Of a stretch of 64,000 nt of DNA, positions 29,945 to 41,600 are shown in pieces; position 1 is the first letter of the stretch; the number at the start of each line of letters is the position of its first letter. Source of the stretch: Clostridiales bacterium (GTDB lineage Bacteria; Bacillota; DSM-16504; Desulfitibacterales; JAICDB01); assembly GCA_020063565.1 (NCBI GenBank), contig JAICDB010000005.1:3849-67848 (forward strand), read 5' to 3'. Below the pieces are notes generated by a model that was given only the letters and a program-made list of their open reading frames with translations, did no database searches and was not told where the DNA came from. A program made the position numbers and the translations under genes.

Positions 29945-31138
29945 CTATTCATACCTTAAAGCATCCACAGGTTTCAGTTTCGAAGCCTTGTTTGCAGGAT
30001 ATATTCCAAAAAACATTCCTACTACAAGCGAAAAGGCTAAGGATAAAATTATTATAGAAATGGTAGTCTTTGTATTCATACCTGCCAAGAGATTCAAAAC
30101 TTTGTTGCCTGCAAGTCCGACTATAATACCGATTATTCCTCCCAGACCGCTAATAACAGCAGATTCAATCAAAAACTGTATTAAAATATCCCTTCGCCTT
30201 GCACCGATAGCTTTCCTGATGCCAATTTCTCTTGTTCTTTCCGTCACGGTTATCAGCATTATATTCATTATACCAATTCCTCCAACCAAAAGGGATATGG
30301 CGGCAATACCTCCCAGCATAAGTGCCATATTTCGCGTAACTTCATTTATAGTTGAAAGCATTTCTGTTTGATTAAAAATCCGGTATGCATCTTCATCATT
30401 CTTGAATTTATTTAGCAGGTATTTTTCTACCTGTGCATATACAGTATTAACCAATTCGGGAGATTCGGCCTGGACATAAATCTGACGTATTCCCGCCGAT
30501 TTCAAAAACCTCTGGGCAGTAGTAATGGGCATCAGTATTTTTTCATCGTTGTTTCCGCCCATGGTGCTCCCTTTCTCTTCAAGTATGCCGATAACTTTAA
30601 AATTCAATCCGTTAAGCTGAACATTTTTATCAATAGGATTCTGTGAACCGAAAAGTTCTTTCACAACCTCCGTACCAAGTAAAATTACCTTTTGCCTGTA
30701 TTCAACATCAAGAGGCATAATAAACCTGCCGCTTTGTACAGTGTAGTTTCGAACCGTCTGATAATTTTCATCCACGCCCTCCAGTGTTACATCCATTGTT
30801 TTTGTATCAAATTTTGCCGTAACATTTCCGCTTGCTACAGGCGCTACTCCGGCAACTCCATACTTATCAGCAAGGGATAGCGTCGCGTCATAAGTTAAAT
30901 AAGTTTCTGCACCCCGGCCCCTGATCATAACGCTGAGAAGATTTGTACCCATACTTTCAATATTCTCCGTAACACTTTCCGTCGTTCCCTGAACAACAGA
31001 TACCAGTATTATTACAGCGGAAACACCGATGATAATTCCCAACATAGTGAGGAATGTCCTCATTTTGTTTCCCATAATCCCTTTTAAAGCAAGCTTGATT
31101 GCTATTTTAAAGTTCATCTCCGCCACCCTTTCATTCAA
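29945..31138 (-). CDS. MacB/FtsX-family ABC permease
   Basis: RTFLTMLGIIIG, GGIGIMNIMLITVTERTREIGIRKAIGA, PVDALRYE. Confidence 0.95.
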   Translation of the reverse strand: MNERVAEMNFKIAIKLALKGIMGNKMRTFLTMLGIIIGVSAVIILVSVVQGTTESVTENIESMGTNLLSVMIRGRGAETYLTYDATLSLADKYGVAGVAPVASGNVTAKFDTKTMDVTLEGVDENYQTVRNYTVQSGRFIMPLDVEYRQKVILLGTEVVKELFGSQNPIDKNVQLNGLNFKVIGILEEKGSTMGGNNDEKILMPITTAQRFLKSAGIRQIYVQAESPELVNTVYAQVEKYLLNKFKNDEDAYRIFNQTEMLSTINEVTRNMALMLGGIAAISLLVGGIGIMNIMLITVTERTREIGIRKAIGARRRDILIQFLIESAVISGLGGIIGIIVGLAGNKVLNLLAGMNTKTTISIIILSLAFSLVVGMFFGIYPANKASKLKPVDALRYE

Positions 31139-31793
31139 CTATCAATCCGTCCTGAATTGAAATTATCCGTTGTGCGCTACCTGCAACTTTCATGTCATGG
31201 GTGATGAGCAATATTGTTCTGCCGTTTTTATTTAGCTCTTTTAAAATTTCCAGCACCTCTGTCCCCGATTTACTGTCCAGGTTTCCTGTAGGTTCATCAG
31301 CCAAAATCAGCGGCGGATCGCCTGCCAGTGCACGCGCTATGGCAACCCTTTGCTGCTGGCCTCCAGACATTTCTGAAGGTTTATGGTGAGCCCAGTCGCT
31401 TAAACCCACCTGTTCCAAAACCTGTAAAACCCTCTCTTTTCGCTCCTTGACGTTCATTCCCCTGTAGATAAGCGGTAATTCTACATTTTCAAAAGCATTA
31501 AGTTTAGGTAAAAGATTAAACTGTTGAAAAATAAATCCTATCTTTTTATTCCGGATTCCGGCAAGCTGATCTTCCGTATAATTACTGACTTCGATACCTT
31601 CAAAGTAATACTCACCGGCAGTAGGTACATCCAAACACCCTAATATATTCATGAAAGTTGATTTGCCAGAACCACTCGGTCCTATAATAGCAACAAATTC
31701 GCCCTTTTCAACCTTTAGTGATACGCCCTTTAAAGCTTGAAATTGGATAGCTCCTGTATTATAAACTTTAGTAACGTTTTTAATTTCCAGCAT
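31131..31793 (-). CDS. ABC transporter ATP-binding protein (LolD/MacB-like)
   Basis: [35 protein letters not shown]. Confidence 0.96.
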   Translation of the reverse strand: MLEIKNVTKVYNTGAIQFQALKGVSLKVEKGEFVAIIGPSGSGKSTFMNILGCLDVPTAGEYYFEGIEVSNYTEDQLAGIRNKKIGFIFQQFNLLPKLNAFENVELPLIYRGMNVKERKERVLQVLEQVGLSDWAHHKPSEMSGGQQQRVAIARALAGDPPLILADEPTGNLDSKSGTEVLEILKELNKNGRTILLITHDMKVAGSAQRIISIQDGLIVE

Positions 31794-31798
31794 CTCTG

Positions 31799-33403
31799 TT
31801 ACCTCCCTCCGCCGGATTTTCCTCCGCTAGGTCTTTCCCTGCCTGCTCCCATCATTCCCATCCCAGGGATTCTCTGCTGATTTTGCGTGCTCTTGCTTAC
31901 AAGCGGATAAAAAACCTTATCTCCTTCATTCAAACCTTCAGTTATTTCCACATATTGCTCGGAAACAAGGCCAATTTTTATAGGAGTAATATTTGGCTTA
32001 TCTTGTTTCAAATTCTTTTCATCACCTGTTATTACGAATTTTTGTTTTCCACGCTGCTGAATCGCTTCTATAGGCAGCAGCAAAACATTCTTCTTATTGG
32101 AAGAAATAATTTCTGCGTTAGCAGTCATTCCGGGTTTCAACCCTTTTGTGTCGTTTAAGCTCAATGTTACGTCAAAGGTAGCAACTCCTCCGGTAGTACT
32201 ACCCTCTAAAGCAATTTTGGAAACTTCCGCACTATATTCCATTTCGGGCACAGCTTCTACAGTAACTACCGCTTTCTGCCCTACTTTCACTTTGTTAATA
32301 TCCAGTTCATCTACAGGAATTACAACTTCTAGATTATCCAGATCCGATACCACTGCAACAGCTGAGTTTTCTCGAATTTGTTCTCCCTCGGTTACATTAA
32401 TTTTTGTAATTGTTCCCGATATGGGAGAATATATGGCAGTATTGTCAAGGTCTTGCAACTTTTCGCTTAATTCCAACCTGCTTTGTTCTAACTTTATCTT
32501 TTGAGTATCTATTTGTGTCTGTAAACTCGTATTCTCCAGTTCTGCCAATAATTCACCTTTGTTAACATAGTCACCGGAGGAAATGTTGAGTTTTTTTAGA
32601 ATTCCTCCATATAATAACTTCACGTCATATGGAGTTTTGATTTTCAAACCGGTATTTTCCACTGCCGCAAAGCTGCCTTTATCGTTATTAATTGTGATCT
32701 GCACCTTCATGCCGGAAGTCAATCCTCCCGGGTTATCGACTTCAACAGTTACTCCATACAAAACTGCTCCCTCATTATCGCCGGGTGTTTCATTAACCTT
32801 TGTCACTGTTCCATTTATAGTCTGGAAACTTCCCAATATTAAAACTTCTGCTTTATCACCTACTTTAATATTTTTTATCTGACTTTTATTAAATTGGCCG
32901 GTTGCTTCTAACTTTGATTTGTCGGTTATTGTTGTAAGTATGTATCCTTTAGACAGTTCTTCTCCGGTATTAACTTCAATATCACCTACAACCCCTGAAG
33001 CCGGAGCATATATTTTTAGATTTTCTAAGTCTTCTTCTAATTCTTTCAAATTGTTTTCCGCTATAAAAACATTTAATTTTGCCCGCTCAATCATTGAGTT
33101 TTCAGTATTGTTTTCAAAAGTTAATATTAAATCTCCTTCATTCACAAACTGCCCTTCCTCAACGTAAATCTTATCAACAATCCCGTTATTCAGAGTCATT
33201 ATTTCCTTTCTTACACTTGCCTCAATACTTCCGGTTCCGCTTGCAGTTACCTGGATGTCACCTCTCTTAACTTCAACTATTGCATATTGAGCAACATTTT
33301 TTGAATTATCTTTTTTGTCTAAATAATACCTTATAAACGTACCACTGAGTACAGCCAGGCAAAGCACTCCGATTACACCATACTTGAGATATTTCTTCTT
33401 CAT
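31799..33403 (-). CDS. Membrane-fusion adaptor (HlyD/MacA-like) with duplicated lipoyl/hairpin modules
   Basis: N-terminal TM, VEEGQFVNEGD, IYAPASG, IYSPISG, DELDINKVKVGQ, LKPGMTA, VEITEGLNEGD. Confidence 0.9.
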   Translation of the reverse strand: MKKKYLKYGVIGVLCLAVLSGTFIRYYLDKKDNSKNVAQYAIVEVKRGDIQVTASGTGSIEASVRKEIMTLNNGIVDKIYVEEGQFVNEGDLILTFENNTENSMIERAKLNVFIAENNLKELEEDLENLKIYAPASGVVGDIEVNTGEELSKGYILTTITDKSKLEATGQFNKSQIKNIKVGDKAEVLILGSFQTINGTVTKVNETPGDNEGAVLYGVTVEVDNPGGLTSGMKVQITINNDKGSFAAVENTGLKIKTPYDVKLLYGGILKKLNISSGDYVNKGELLAELENTSLQTQIDTQKIKLEQSRLELSEKLQDLDNTAIYSPISGTITKINVTEGEQIRENSAVAVVSDLDNLEVVIPVDELDINKVKVGQKAVVTVEAVPEMEYSAEVSKIALEGSTTGGVATFDVTLSLNDTKGLKPGMTANAEIISSNKKNVLLLPIEAIQQRGKQKFVITGDEKNLKQDKPNITPIKIGLVSEQYVEITEGLNEGDKVFYPLVSKSTQNQQRIPGMGMMGAGRERPSGGKSGGGR

Positions 33404-33451
33404 ACACTGTCACCTCCAGGTTGTTTTCCTTACTCATATTAACAAAGAAAC

Positions 33452-33469
33452 CTTAAAGATTTCTTAAAA
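33452..33469. promoter_or_regulatory. Candidate OmpR-type direct-repeat binding site
   Basis: CTTAAAG-ATTT-CTTAAAA with an 11-bp period, ~50 bp upstream of the exporter operon. Confidence 0.45.
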
Positions 33470-33504
33470 TAAACAGGAAAATTAAATTCTATTGTTACTA
33501 AAAA

Positions 33505-33543
33505 GAAAATCCTAGAGAATTATATTGACTCTCTAGGATTTTC
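33505..33543. terminator. Intrinsic terminator-like hairpin between nifV and the exporter operon
   Basis: GAAAATCCTAGAGA...TCTCTAGGATTTTC. Confidence 0.65.
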
Positions 33544-33768
33544 CGGATAAATCCCGTTTAATTTCCTAAAATTTCTCTAAAACTTTTAAAATTACCACTC
33601 AATTTTTTGAGTAATTAATGAATCCTATGCTTGCTGGCCATTTTGCTCAACTAAAACGGGTCTATTAGTGTTTATTACTCAAATGCAACTCAATAAATCG
33701 AAAACTTGTTTGCAAAACTCTTCAGTATTTTTATCAAGCGCACAAAACTACTGAAAGAAGTTTCACTT

Positions 33769-34593
33769 TTATTTACTAAACCCCACAAATCGATTAACCA
33801 TGCGAGAAATTTCTGGAAGTAATTCACAACGTAAATTAATGGGGTGTTTAAAAATATATCTAAGTGCCAGACACACCTGATCCAATGAAGCATTCCCAGC
33901 TCTTTCTCCTATACCATTAACAGTAGTACTCACCGCTTTAGCACCTGCAATAATTGCTGCTAAACTATTAGCCGTAGACAGTCCAAAATCGTTGTGGGTA
34001 TGGATTTCAATATCTATATCAACAATATCTATCAAATTTTTAATGAGTCTATATACAGAAAAAGGCTCCATAATACCCACAGTATCTGCATAACGGAGGC
34101 GTACAGCACCGTATTCAGCAGCTAATTGGGCGTATTCAGCCAAAAAATTAAATTCGGCTCTAGAAGCATCTTCTGCACCTACAGAAATGGTACACCCATA
34201 ATCTGCTGCATAACGTATAGCACCTTGGAGGCATCTCAGTACCCACTGTCTTGTTTTTCCAAGCTTTTTTTCAATGAGTAAATCGGATACAGGTGCTGAA
34301 AGGTGAAGATACCTGGCGCCACACTGAATAGATGCCCTTAAGTCAGATAAAACAATACGGTTCCAGGTGGTTACCTGAGCTTTTAATCCCGCTTGAATAA
34401 TTTTTTGAACGGCAATTTTTTCTTCCCCACCCACGACAGGTATTCCGACTTCTATAATATGAACACCTATTTTATCCAGAAGTTTCGCAATTGCTATCTT
34501 TTCTTCTACATTAAAGGCCACTCCCGGCATTTGTTCACCATCACGCAAGGTGGTATCTACGATGATTATGTCTCGTGCTGCCTCTTTTTGCAC
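33769..34593 (-). CDS. nifV: Homocitrate synthase, short (NifV-alpha-like)
   Basis: IVDTTLRDGEQ, GAEDASR, YADTVG, HTHNDFGL..AN, NGIGERAGNA; nif context. Confidence 0.85.
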   Translation of the reverse strand: MQKEAARDIIIVDTTLRDGEQMPGVAFNVEEKIAIAKLLDKIGVHIIEVGIPVVGGEEKIAVQKIIQAGLKAQVTTWNRIVLSDLRASIQCGARYLHLSAPVSDLLIEKKLGKTRQWVLRCLQGAIRYAADYGCTISVGAEDASRAEFNFLAEYAQLAAEYGAVRLRYADTVGIMEPFSVYRLIKNLIDIVDIDIEIHTHNDFGLSTANSLAAIIAGAKAVSTTVNGIGERAGNASLDQVCLALRYIFKHPINLRCELLPEISRMVNRFVGFSK

Positions 34594-34646
34594 ATTCTTT
34601 ACCTCCTTTCAGGCAGCCGCTGATGTTTTACCATCCGTTTAATGTT

Positions 34647-35940
<1,294 letters not shown>

Positions 35941-35956
35941 TTAAAAATTTTTTTTT

Positions 35957-36106
35957 AAAAAAAAACGAGACTCTCTTTGTTTTAACAAAGAAAGCCCCGT
36001 TGCTCCCCTTTTCCAGTGATTGGCACCCAATGCTATCACTATTTTATTTTCCTGAAAAATACAAAAGCCTTTTGAAACATTTTCTGCTCCAAAAGGCGCC
36101 TTTGCC
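35957..36106 (-). promoter_or_regulatory. nifH leader with ANTAR-type hexaloop hairpins and an overlapping terminator
   Basis: GGC-AAAGGC-GCC (36095-36106) and AGC-AACGGG-GCT (35993-36004); the latter overlaps GGGGCTTTCTTTGTT..AACAAAGAGAGTCTC plus a U-tract. Confidence 0.7.
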
Positions 36107-36187
36107 AAAACCAACAATCCCCTGCTATTTCCAGTTTTGCTCTATGATTACCTATATGCTTCCTTATATATCTCTAATTTGAAATAT

Positions 36188-36216
36188 ATTATACCAGCAT
36201 AACGGTATACTTGCAA
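36188..36216 (-). promoter_or_regulatory. Sigma-A promoter for nifH
   Basis: TTGCAA-17 bp-TATAAT on the minus strand. Confidence 0.7.
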
Positions 36217-36247
36217 TATTTTTTTCAAAAGTATCTTGTATACATTA

Positions 36248-36781
36248 TTAAGGCCTCCGGGCAATAGGAAATCTCCGCCCCGTACCCTCCGTTTCATAGC
36301 GACGGTGATTCCAGTAATCCTCGTCGTTCCAAATATCTTCACAAATAGTAACGCCAAGTTTCCTCCCCTGAAAAATGAACGGCCTGCACTCTTCAGCCGG
36401 CTGAAAATACCTGCTTTCGTCAAAAACATCGTAATTAGGCAAGAGCATTTTATCCTGCCTACCGACAACACTGCCATCGTAAAACAGGAGAGACGAATTA
36501 TATAGTCGCTCACTAAGAGGATCTTTTACAGGTGCACCTAAAAGTATTCCAATATGCGAACTAGCAGGAAGTATATTTTCTCGCAATGCATTTTCAATAC
36601 GATTAACAATTTCCGGCCTTAAAAGAAGATCCCGTGCCGGATAACCGATTACCGCCAGTTCAGGAAATACTATGAGATGCGCTTTCTTTTCAAGTGCCTT
36701 ACCAACAAGTTTTAACATTTTATCCACATTATACCCGATATCGCCTATAACCGGATTAATTTGTGCCATCACTATCTTCAT
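36248..36781 (-). pseudogene. nadE: Glutamine-dependent NAD+ synthetase, truncated within the nitrilase-like domain
   Basis: AQINPVIGD...N, VFPEL...GYP.RDLL, KMLLPNYDVFDESRYF, GVTICEDIW; ends at 177 aa with no synthetase domain. Confidence 0.8.
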
Positions 36782-36861
36782 ATTTCAAACTCCCTATCCA
36801 ACCCAAATACTGGGGCTATTGATTCTACCTTATGTTATAGGGGCAATGCACTAGGATATTC

Positions 36862-37458
36862 TTATTTCTTTTTAAATAAGCTGCTGCTGGTAATAATCGC
36901 TTGGGCCACTTCCTTCATGGTCTTAGACCTCTTCATGCTTTGAGTGCGAATCAGCTTATATGCTTCCTCTTCAGTTAATTCCATATTTTCCATTAAGATT
37001 CCTTTTGCTTTTTCAACAACTTTTCTTGCCTCTAATTTTTCTTTCAGAAAATCAACTTCATTTTTCAATTTATTTACTTCTGCATTTGTTGCTAAAGCGG
37101 TCTCAATAGCAGGTAATAAATTGGCAGGAATAACCGGTTTAACTATGGTTGTCTGAATTATTCTCTTCTGGGTAATAGTTGCTAGTTCTTTTTGCCATCT
37201 ATCTGTTATTACTATAATGGGGATAGAAAGTTCAGCAATTATTTCTATCAGCTCTAGTCCTTTAATGCCCTGTAGATTGCTATCCACCAAAATCAGGTCT
37301 GTTTTTATGGTTCTTATTTCTCTTAAAACTTGAGAAGCATGGGTAGCAGACCCAGTTACCACATAACCTTCAAAGGATAAAATATTTTTTATGTTTTGTA
37401 AAAGTTCTTGATCTCCGGTTACTATATATATCTCAGTTCTTCGCAAACAAATCACCAC
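36862..37458 (-). CDS. ANTAR-domain response regulator (NasT/NitR-like antiterminator)
   Basis: Degenerate receiver plus LEARKVVEKAKGILM....LTEEEAYKLIR..SM....MKEVA. Confidence 0.92.
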   Translation of the reverse strand: MVICLRRTEIYIVTGDQELLQNIKNILSFEGYVVTGSATHASQVLREIRTIKTDLILVDSNLQGIKGLELIEIIAELSIPIIVITDRWQKELATITQKRIIQTTIVKPVIPANLLPAIETALATNAEVNKLKNEVDFLKEKLEARKVVEKAKGILMENMELTEEEAYKLIRTQSMKRSKTMKEVAQAIITSSSLFKKK

Positions 37459-37561
37459 CGTTACTTAAAGTATGTATTCAAATAAAGAGTGCCCGGCAGT
37501 TAATCCCGTACTGTCATAAAGATTAATCATTACTAGTATTTACATTTTTAAAGTACTGATT

Positions 37562-37651
37562 AAAACAAAAGCTCTCTCAATTAGACACATTAATCATGCA
37601 TCTAATAGAGAGAGCCTCATTGCTTCTCTTAACAAGATAGGCGCCATTGCC
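37562..37651 (-). promoter_or_regulatory. ANTAR dual-hairpin RNA motif with terminator
   Basis: GGC-AATGGC-GCC (37640-37651) and AGC-AATGAG-GCT (37613-37624); the second overlaps GCTCTCT...AGAGAGC followed by TTTTGTTTT. Confidence 0.8.
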
Positions 37652-37663
37652 TATTATTAAATT

Positions 37664-37692
37664 AGTTTACCATCGATTTTTAATAAATACAA
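37664..37692 (-). promoter_or_regulatory. Sigma-A promoter for the ANTAR regulator operon
   Basis: TTGTAT-17 bp-TAAACT with an extended TG. Confidence 0.55.
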
Positions 37693-37844
37693 GTATAATT
37701 TTAAATTTAGAAGGAATAAACAATAGAATTAAGGCTATTAAACGACAAGCTTATGGTTTTTGCCCGGGAAAATCATAGCTCTTAACCAACTGTTTTGGAG
37801 AAGAACCAATTTTTTTATCTATTAATTTATTTCCGAGACCAGGA

Positions 37845-37872
37845 ACAAAACTATGACATTTTTTATATAATA
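37845..37872 (+). promoter_or_regulatory. Possible sigma-K promoter of the mnx operon
   Basis: ACA-16 bp-TATAtaaTA versus consensus ACA-N16-CATAnnnTA; AT-rich context weakens it. Confidence 0.35.
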
Positions 37873-37928
37873 CAGTAAAATATCGAAAATATTTAATGTT
37901 TCTATTGTTTTAGAAAGGAGCGAATAAT

Positions 37929-38300
37929 ATGAGCTGGCACTTTCCGATTCACGAAGAGTCCACAACAAAAACTAAAGTTAAAAATATTACTACAAAAAAT
38001 GAAATTTTAAAAATCGATGACTCTATATTGCCGGAAAACCAATTATTTGCCAAGCTATTCGGACAAAACGTCCTGTTGACAATGGTCTCGGATCAACTGA
38101 ATATTCTAGGGCAAACATTTCGACCAATATTTTGCGGTAAGGTGGCAAAGGTTACTAACGGCTTCATAACCCTTGATCCTGTAATAATTAAGATGAGTAA
38201 TGCACCTTTTTTCAGGTTTCCCACACAACTGAGCTTTCCAATTGAACGCATAGCAAATTTCTTACCGTTTGACTGTGAAACACAGTTCCCTATTCCATAA
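37929..38300 (+). CDS. mnxE: MnxE-like manganese oxidase accessory subunit
   Basis: QLNILGQTFRPIFCGKVA.V..G..TL.PV.IK..NAPF..FP..LS.P.E.IA.F matches my recollection of Bacillus MnxE; two genes upstream of mnxG. Confidence 0.85.
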   Translation: MSWHFPIHEESTTKTKVKNITTKNEILKIDDSILPENQLFAKLFGQNVLLTMVSDQLNILGQTFRPIFCGKVAKVTNGFITLDPVIIKMSNAPFFRFPTQLSFPIERIANFLPFDCETQFPIP

Positions 38301-38324
38301 TTTAATAGAAGGAGTGGTATTGTT

Positions 38325-38657
38325 ATGCCCGACACTAATATTGATTTTCCTGGTTACGGTTATATACCGATACGAGATTTGCTGATAAATAACATTCGCC
38401 GGTATTTTGTTTTTAAGGAATTTGAAAAAAATCAAAGAAAAAGAGCATTTATACTGATTGCTGAGTTTCCCTTCATGATAATAGGTAAGATAGTCGAAGT
38501 AATGGGCGATTATGTTTCAGTTGATGTAGAAACAACACACATTTCTGAAATTGAAGGAAAAGTCCTCCGCATCCATGTGGATGATATTGAAGTATTTCAC
38601 ATAGAACAACCAGACTCACCAATCCCTGCCATTTCCAATGTTCAAGATGAGAGTTAA
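38325..38657 (+). CDS. mnxF: MnxF-like manganese oxidase accessory subunit
   Basis: FPFMIIGKI.E..GD.V..DVETTH...IE.....IH...IEVF.IE.P..PIP matches recalled Bacillus MnxF. Confidence 0.83.
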   Translation: MPDTNIDFPGYGYIPIRDLLINNIRRYFVFKEFEKNQRKRAFILIAEFPFMIIGKIVEVMGDYVSVDVETTHISEIEGKVLRIHVDDIEVFHIEQPDSPIPAISNVQDES

Positions 38658-38678
38658 ACAAAATGAGGGTGGTGTAAT

Positions 38679-41600
38679 TTGATTAGAAAATTTCACATTG
38701 TTGCCATACCCATTCGGATTGTTGTTAATAATTTCGGGGACCACAATCCCCATGGTATGATTTATGTGTTGAAAGAGAACGAAGCAGAGGTCAAAAAACA
38801 GGTATCCCAAAACCCGTTTACACCTGTGGACCTGGTACAGCCATTGACCATTCGAGCTAACGTGGGGGATACGGTAGAAATTCTATTTGAAAACCAACTG
38901 CCGTTCAACACATCGATGCATATTCAGTTGGCCGAGTATGATGTCCAAACCTCGGACGGTGCTTTTGTAGGCTGCAATGAAGATTCAACGGCACCTCCCT
39001 GTCCCCCGGGCGGTACCCTGACTTACCGGTGGCATGTCGAACAGGAAGGAGTCCATATCTTTACCGACCTGGGTAACCCGCTTTCTGAGGATGAAATAGG
39101 TAGCAACGTCAATGGCCTCTTTGGAGCTTTAATTGTAGAACCAAAAGGCTCTTGGTGGACCGACCCGATAAGCGGCGAACCACTGAAAAGCGGGCTTTAT
39201 GCAGATATTCACCACCCGTTGCTTCCTGATTTTCGAGAATTCACCTGGTTTTTCCACGACGAAATGGAAATTTTGGATTTAACCGGAGAGAAACCCTTTG
39301 ATCCTGTGACATTTCAACCATCAAGTACTCCTACCCAAAATTACCGCTCGGAACCAGTTCGCAATCGCGTTCGACTAATACAGGAGGGTGTTGTTTGTCC
39401 CGACTGTGAAGGTGAAGAGGTCCACCACGATTCCTGGACATTCGGTGATCCGGCTACACCTGTATTAAGAGCTTATGTAGGTGATCCCATCAAAGTCCGT
39501 TTAATTCATGGTGGAGTTAAGGAGACCCACGTCTTTCATTATCACGTCCACCAGTGGCTCACTGATCCGGAAGATGTAGATTCGGACATCATTGATTCTC
39601 AGTCAATCAGCCCCCAGACTTCTTTTACAATAAAACCTCTCTATGGTGCAGGAAGCTTCCAGGGCGCTTTTGGTGATGCAGTTATTCATTGCCACCTCTA
39701 TCCCCATTTTGGTGACGGAATGTGGGGTATCCAGCGAAATTTCAATACACTACAAGACGGTAGCCAGTGCTATCCTAACGGAGTTCCAATTAAACCTTTA
39801 CAGCCTCTACACGACCGCGAACCACCACCGCCCCCCACCCCTGAAAAACCTGGATTTCCCAATTTCATTCCCGGAATAGTTGGCTGCAAGGCACCCCGTC
39901 CCCCGCTGGGAATAATTGATGAGAGAGAACCTACTGAAATTGAAAAAAACCAGTTCGCTCCAAATTTCCGCCCCGGTGCAGTCTTCGTGAATCCTTGTAT
40001 TGAAGGAGTTACTCCGGTGCGAGAATATAACATTTCGCTTATCCAAACGAATGTAGTTTACAACCGGGCGGGATGGCATGACCCGGAAGGCCGGCTTTTC
40101 GTCCTGGCTGAAGATGAAGAAGCCGTGCTAAAAGGAGAGAAAGAACCGGAGCCGCTTGTCATACGGGCCAATGCCGGGGACTGTATAAGAGTTAATTTTA
40201 CCAACAAACTACCGGAAACCTTGGGTGGCAACGCATTTCAGCTGGTGAACCGCACATATGAGACTGGGATTCATATCCATTTCTTTAAGTTTGATCCCCT
40301 CTGTTCAGATGGCGCCAATGTCGGCTGGAACTATGATTCAGCGGTTTTGCCCGGTCAAACCATCCGTTACCAGTGGTTTGCCGATGTGGAATTAAGAGGA
40401 GTCTTTATTCACGACCACCTTTTTGCAGCGCTCCATCAACAGCATGGTGTCTTTGGAGCCGTCAATATCGAAGCTAAAGGCTCTAAATTTTTTGAACCTT
40501 TTAGCCTGGAAAAAGAAATCCGGGCAGGAACACAGGCTATAATTACCAATCCTTTAATCCCGGATTTCAGGGAATTTAGCCTATTTGCTCAGGATTTTTC
40601 CTTACTTTTTGATGCTGCTGGTTGCCCGCTCAACCAGCCGCCGTTTCCAAATTCTCAGGATGATCCCGGCGTAATGAGCATCAATTACCGCAACGAGCCG
40701 CTACAATTCCGTCTAGATCGTGACTGTGACCCAGCCTATGTCTTTAGCTCGTTTGTTAATGGAGATCCCGTCACACCGCTATTGCAAACTTACAACGGTG
40801 ACCCGGTACGGATTCGCTTTTTCCAGGGAGCCCACGAAGAGTCTCATATTTTTAACCTGCACCGGCAACGATGGAAAAGGGAACGCAGAGATCTTGATTC
40901 AGAAATCACCCAGGAACAGCACATCGGTTTATCCGATCACTTTACTTTCGAGTTTGACATCGAAGGTAACGGCGACTTCGACATGCTCTACTACTTCGGC
41001 GGAATAGACGATATCTGGTTAGGATGCTGGGGTCTTATTCGTACTTTCCAGGAGAAGATAAGAGATTTGCCGCCGTTACCAGACCGGCCGGAACCTCCGC
41101 CCCGTACCAAATTGTTTCCAGCACCAAAAAACGAAGCTAAACCGCCCCGCGCAGCAAAACCCGGTACCCCCTGTCCGGAGGATGTACCAACCCGGCGTTA
41201 TGAAGTAGTGGCACTGCAGACACCAATTATCTATAACGATGCTGGCGATAACGACCCCTGTGGAATCGTGTTCGCGCTGGCTGAAAACGAGAAAGCAATT
41301 TGTGATAGAACGCTTAATCCTGAACCCCTGATCCTCAGGGCTAATGTTGGTGAGTGTGTAGAGATCACGCTGCATAACAAGCTGACCGGCCCGTTCCACA
41401 ATGGAGGTATTCACGGCTATCCCAGTGTTCCTGTAGACGCACCCTTCCCGACATCGGGGCGAATTTCCCTCCACCCGCAGCTATTGGCATATGATGTACG
41501 GGGTTCCGACGGAGCAACAGTGGGATTCAACCCCGATCAAACTGTGGGACCGGGCGAAAGTATTACTTACCGTTGGTATGTGGATCAGGAAGTAGGGGCC

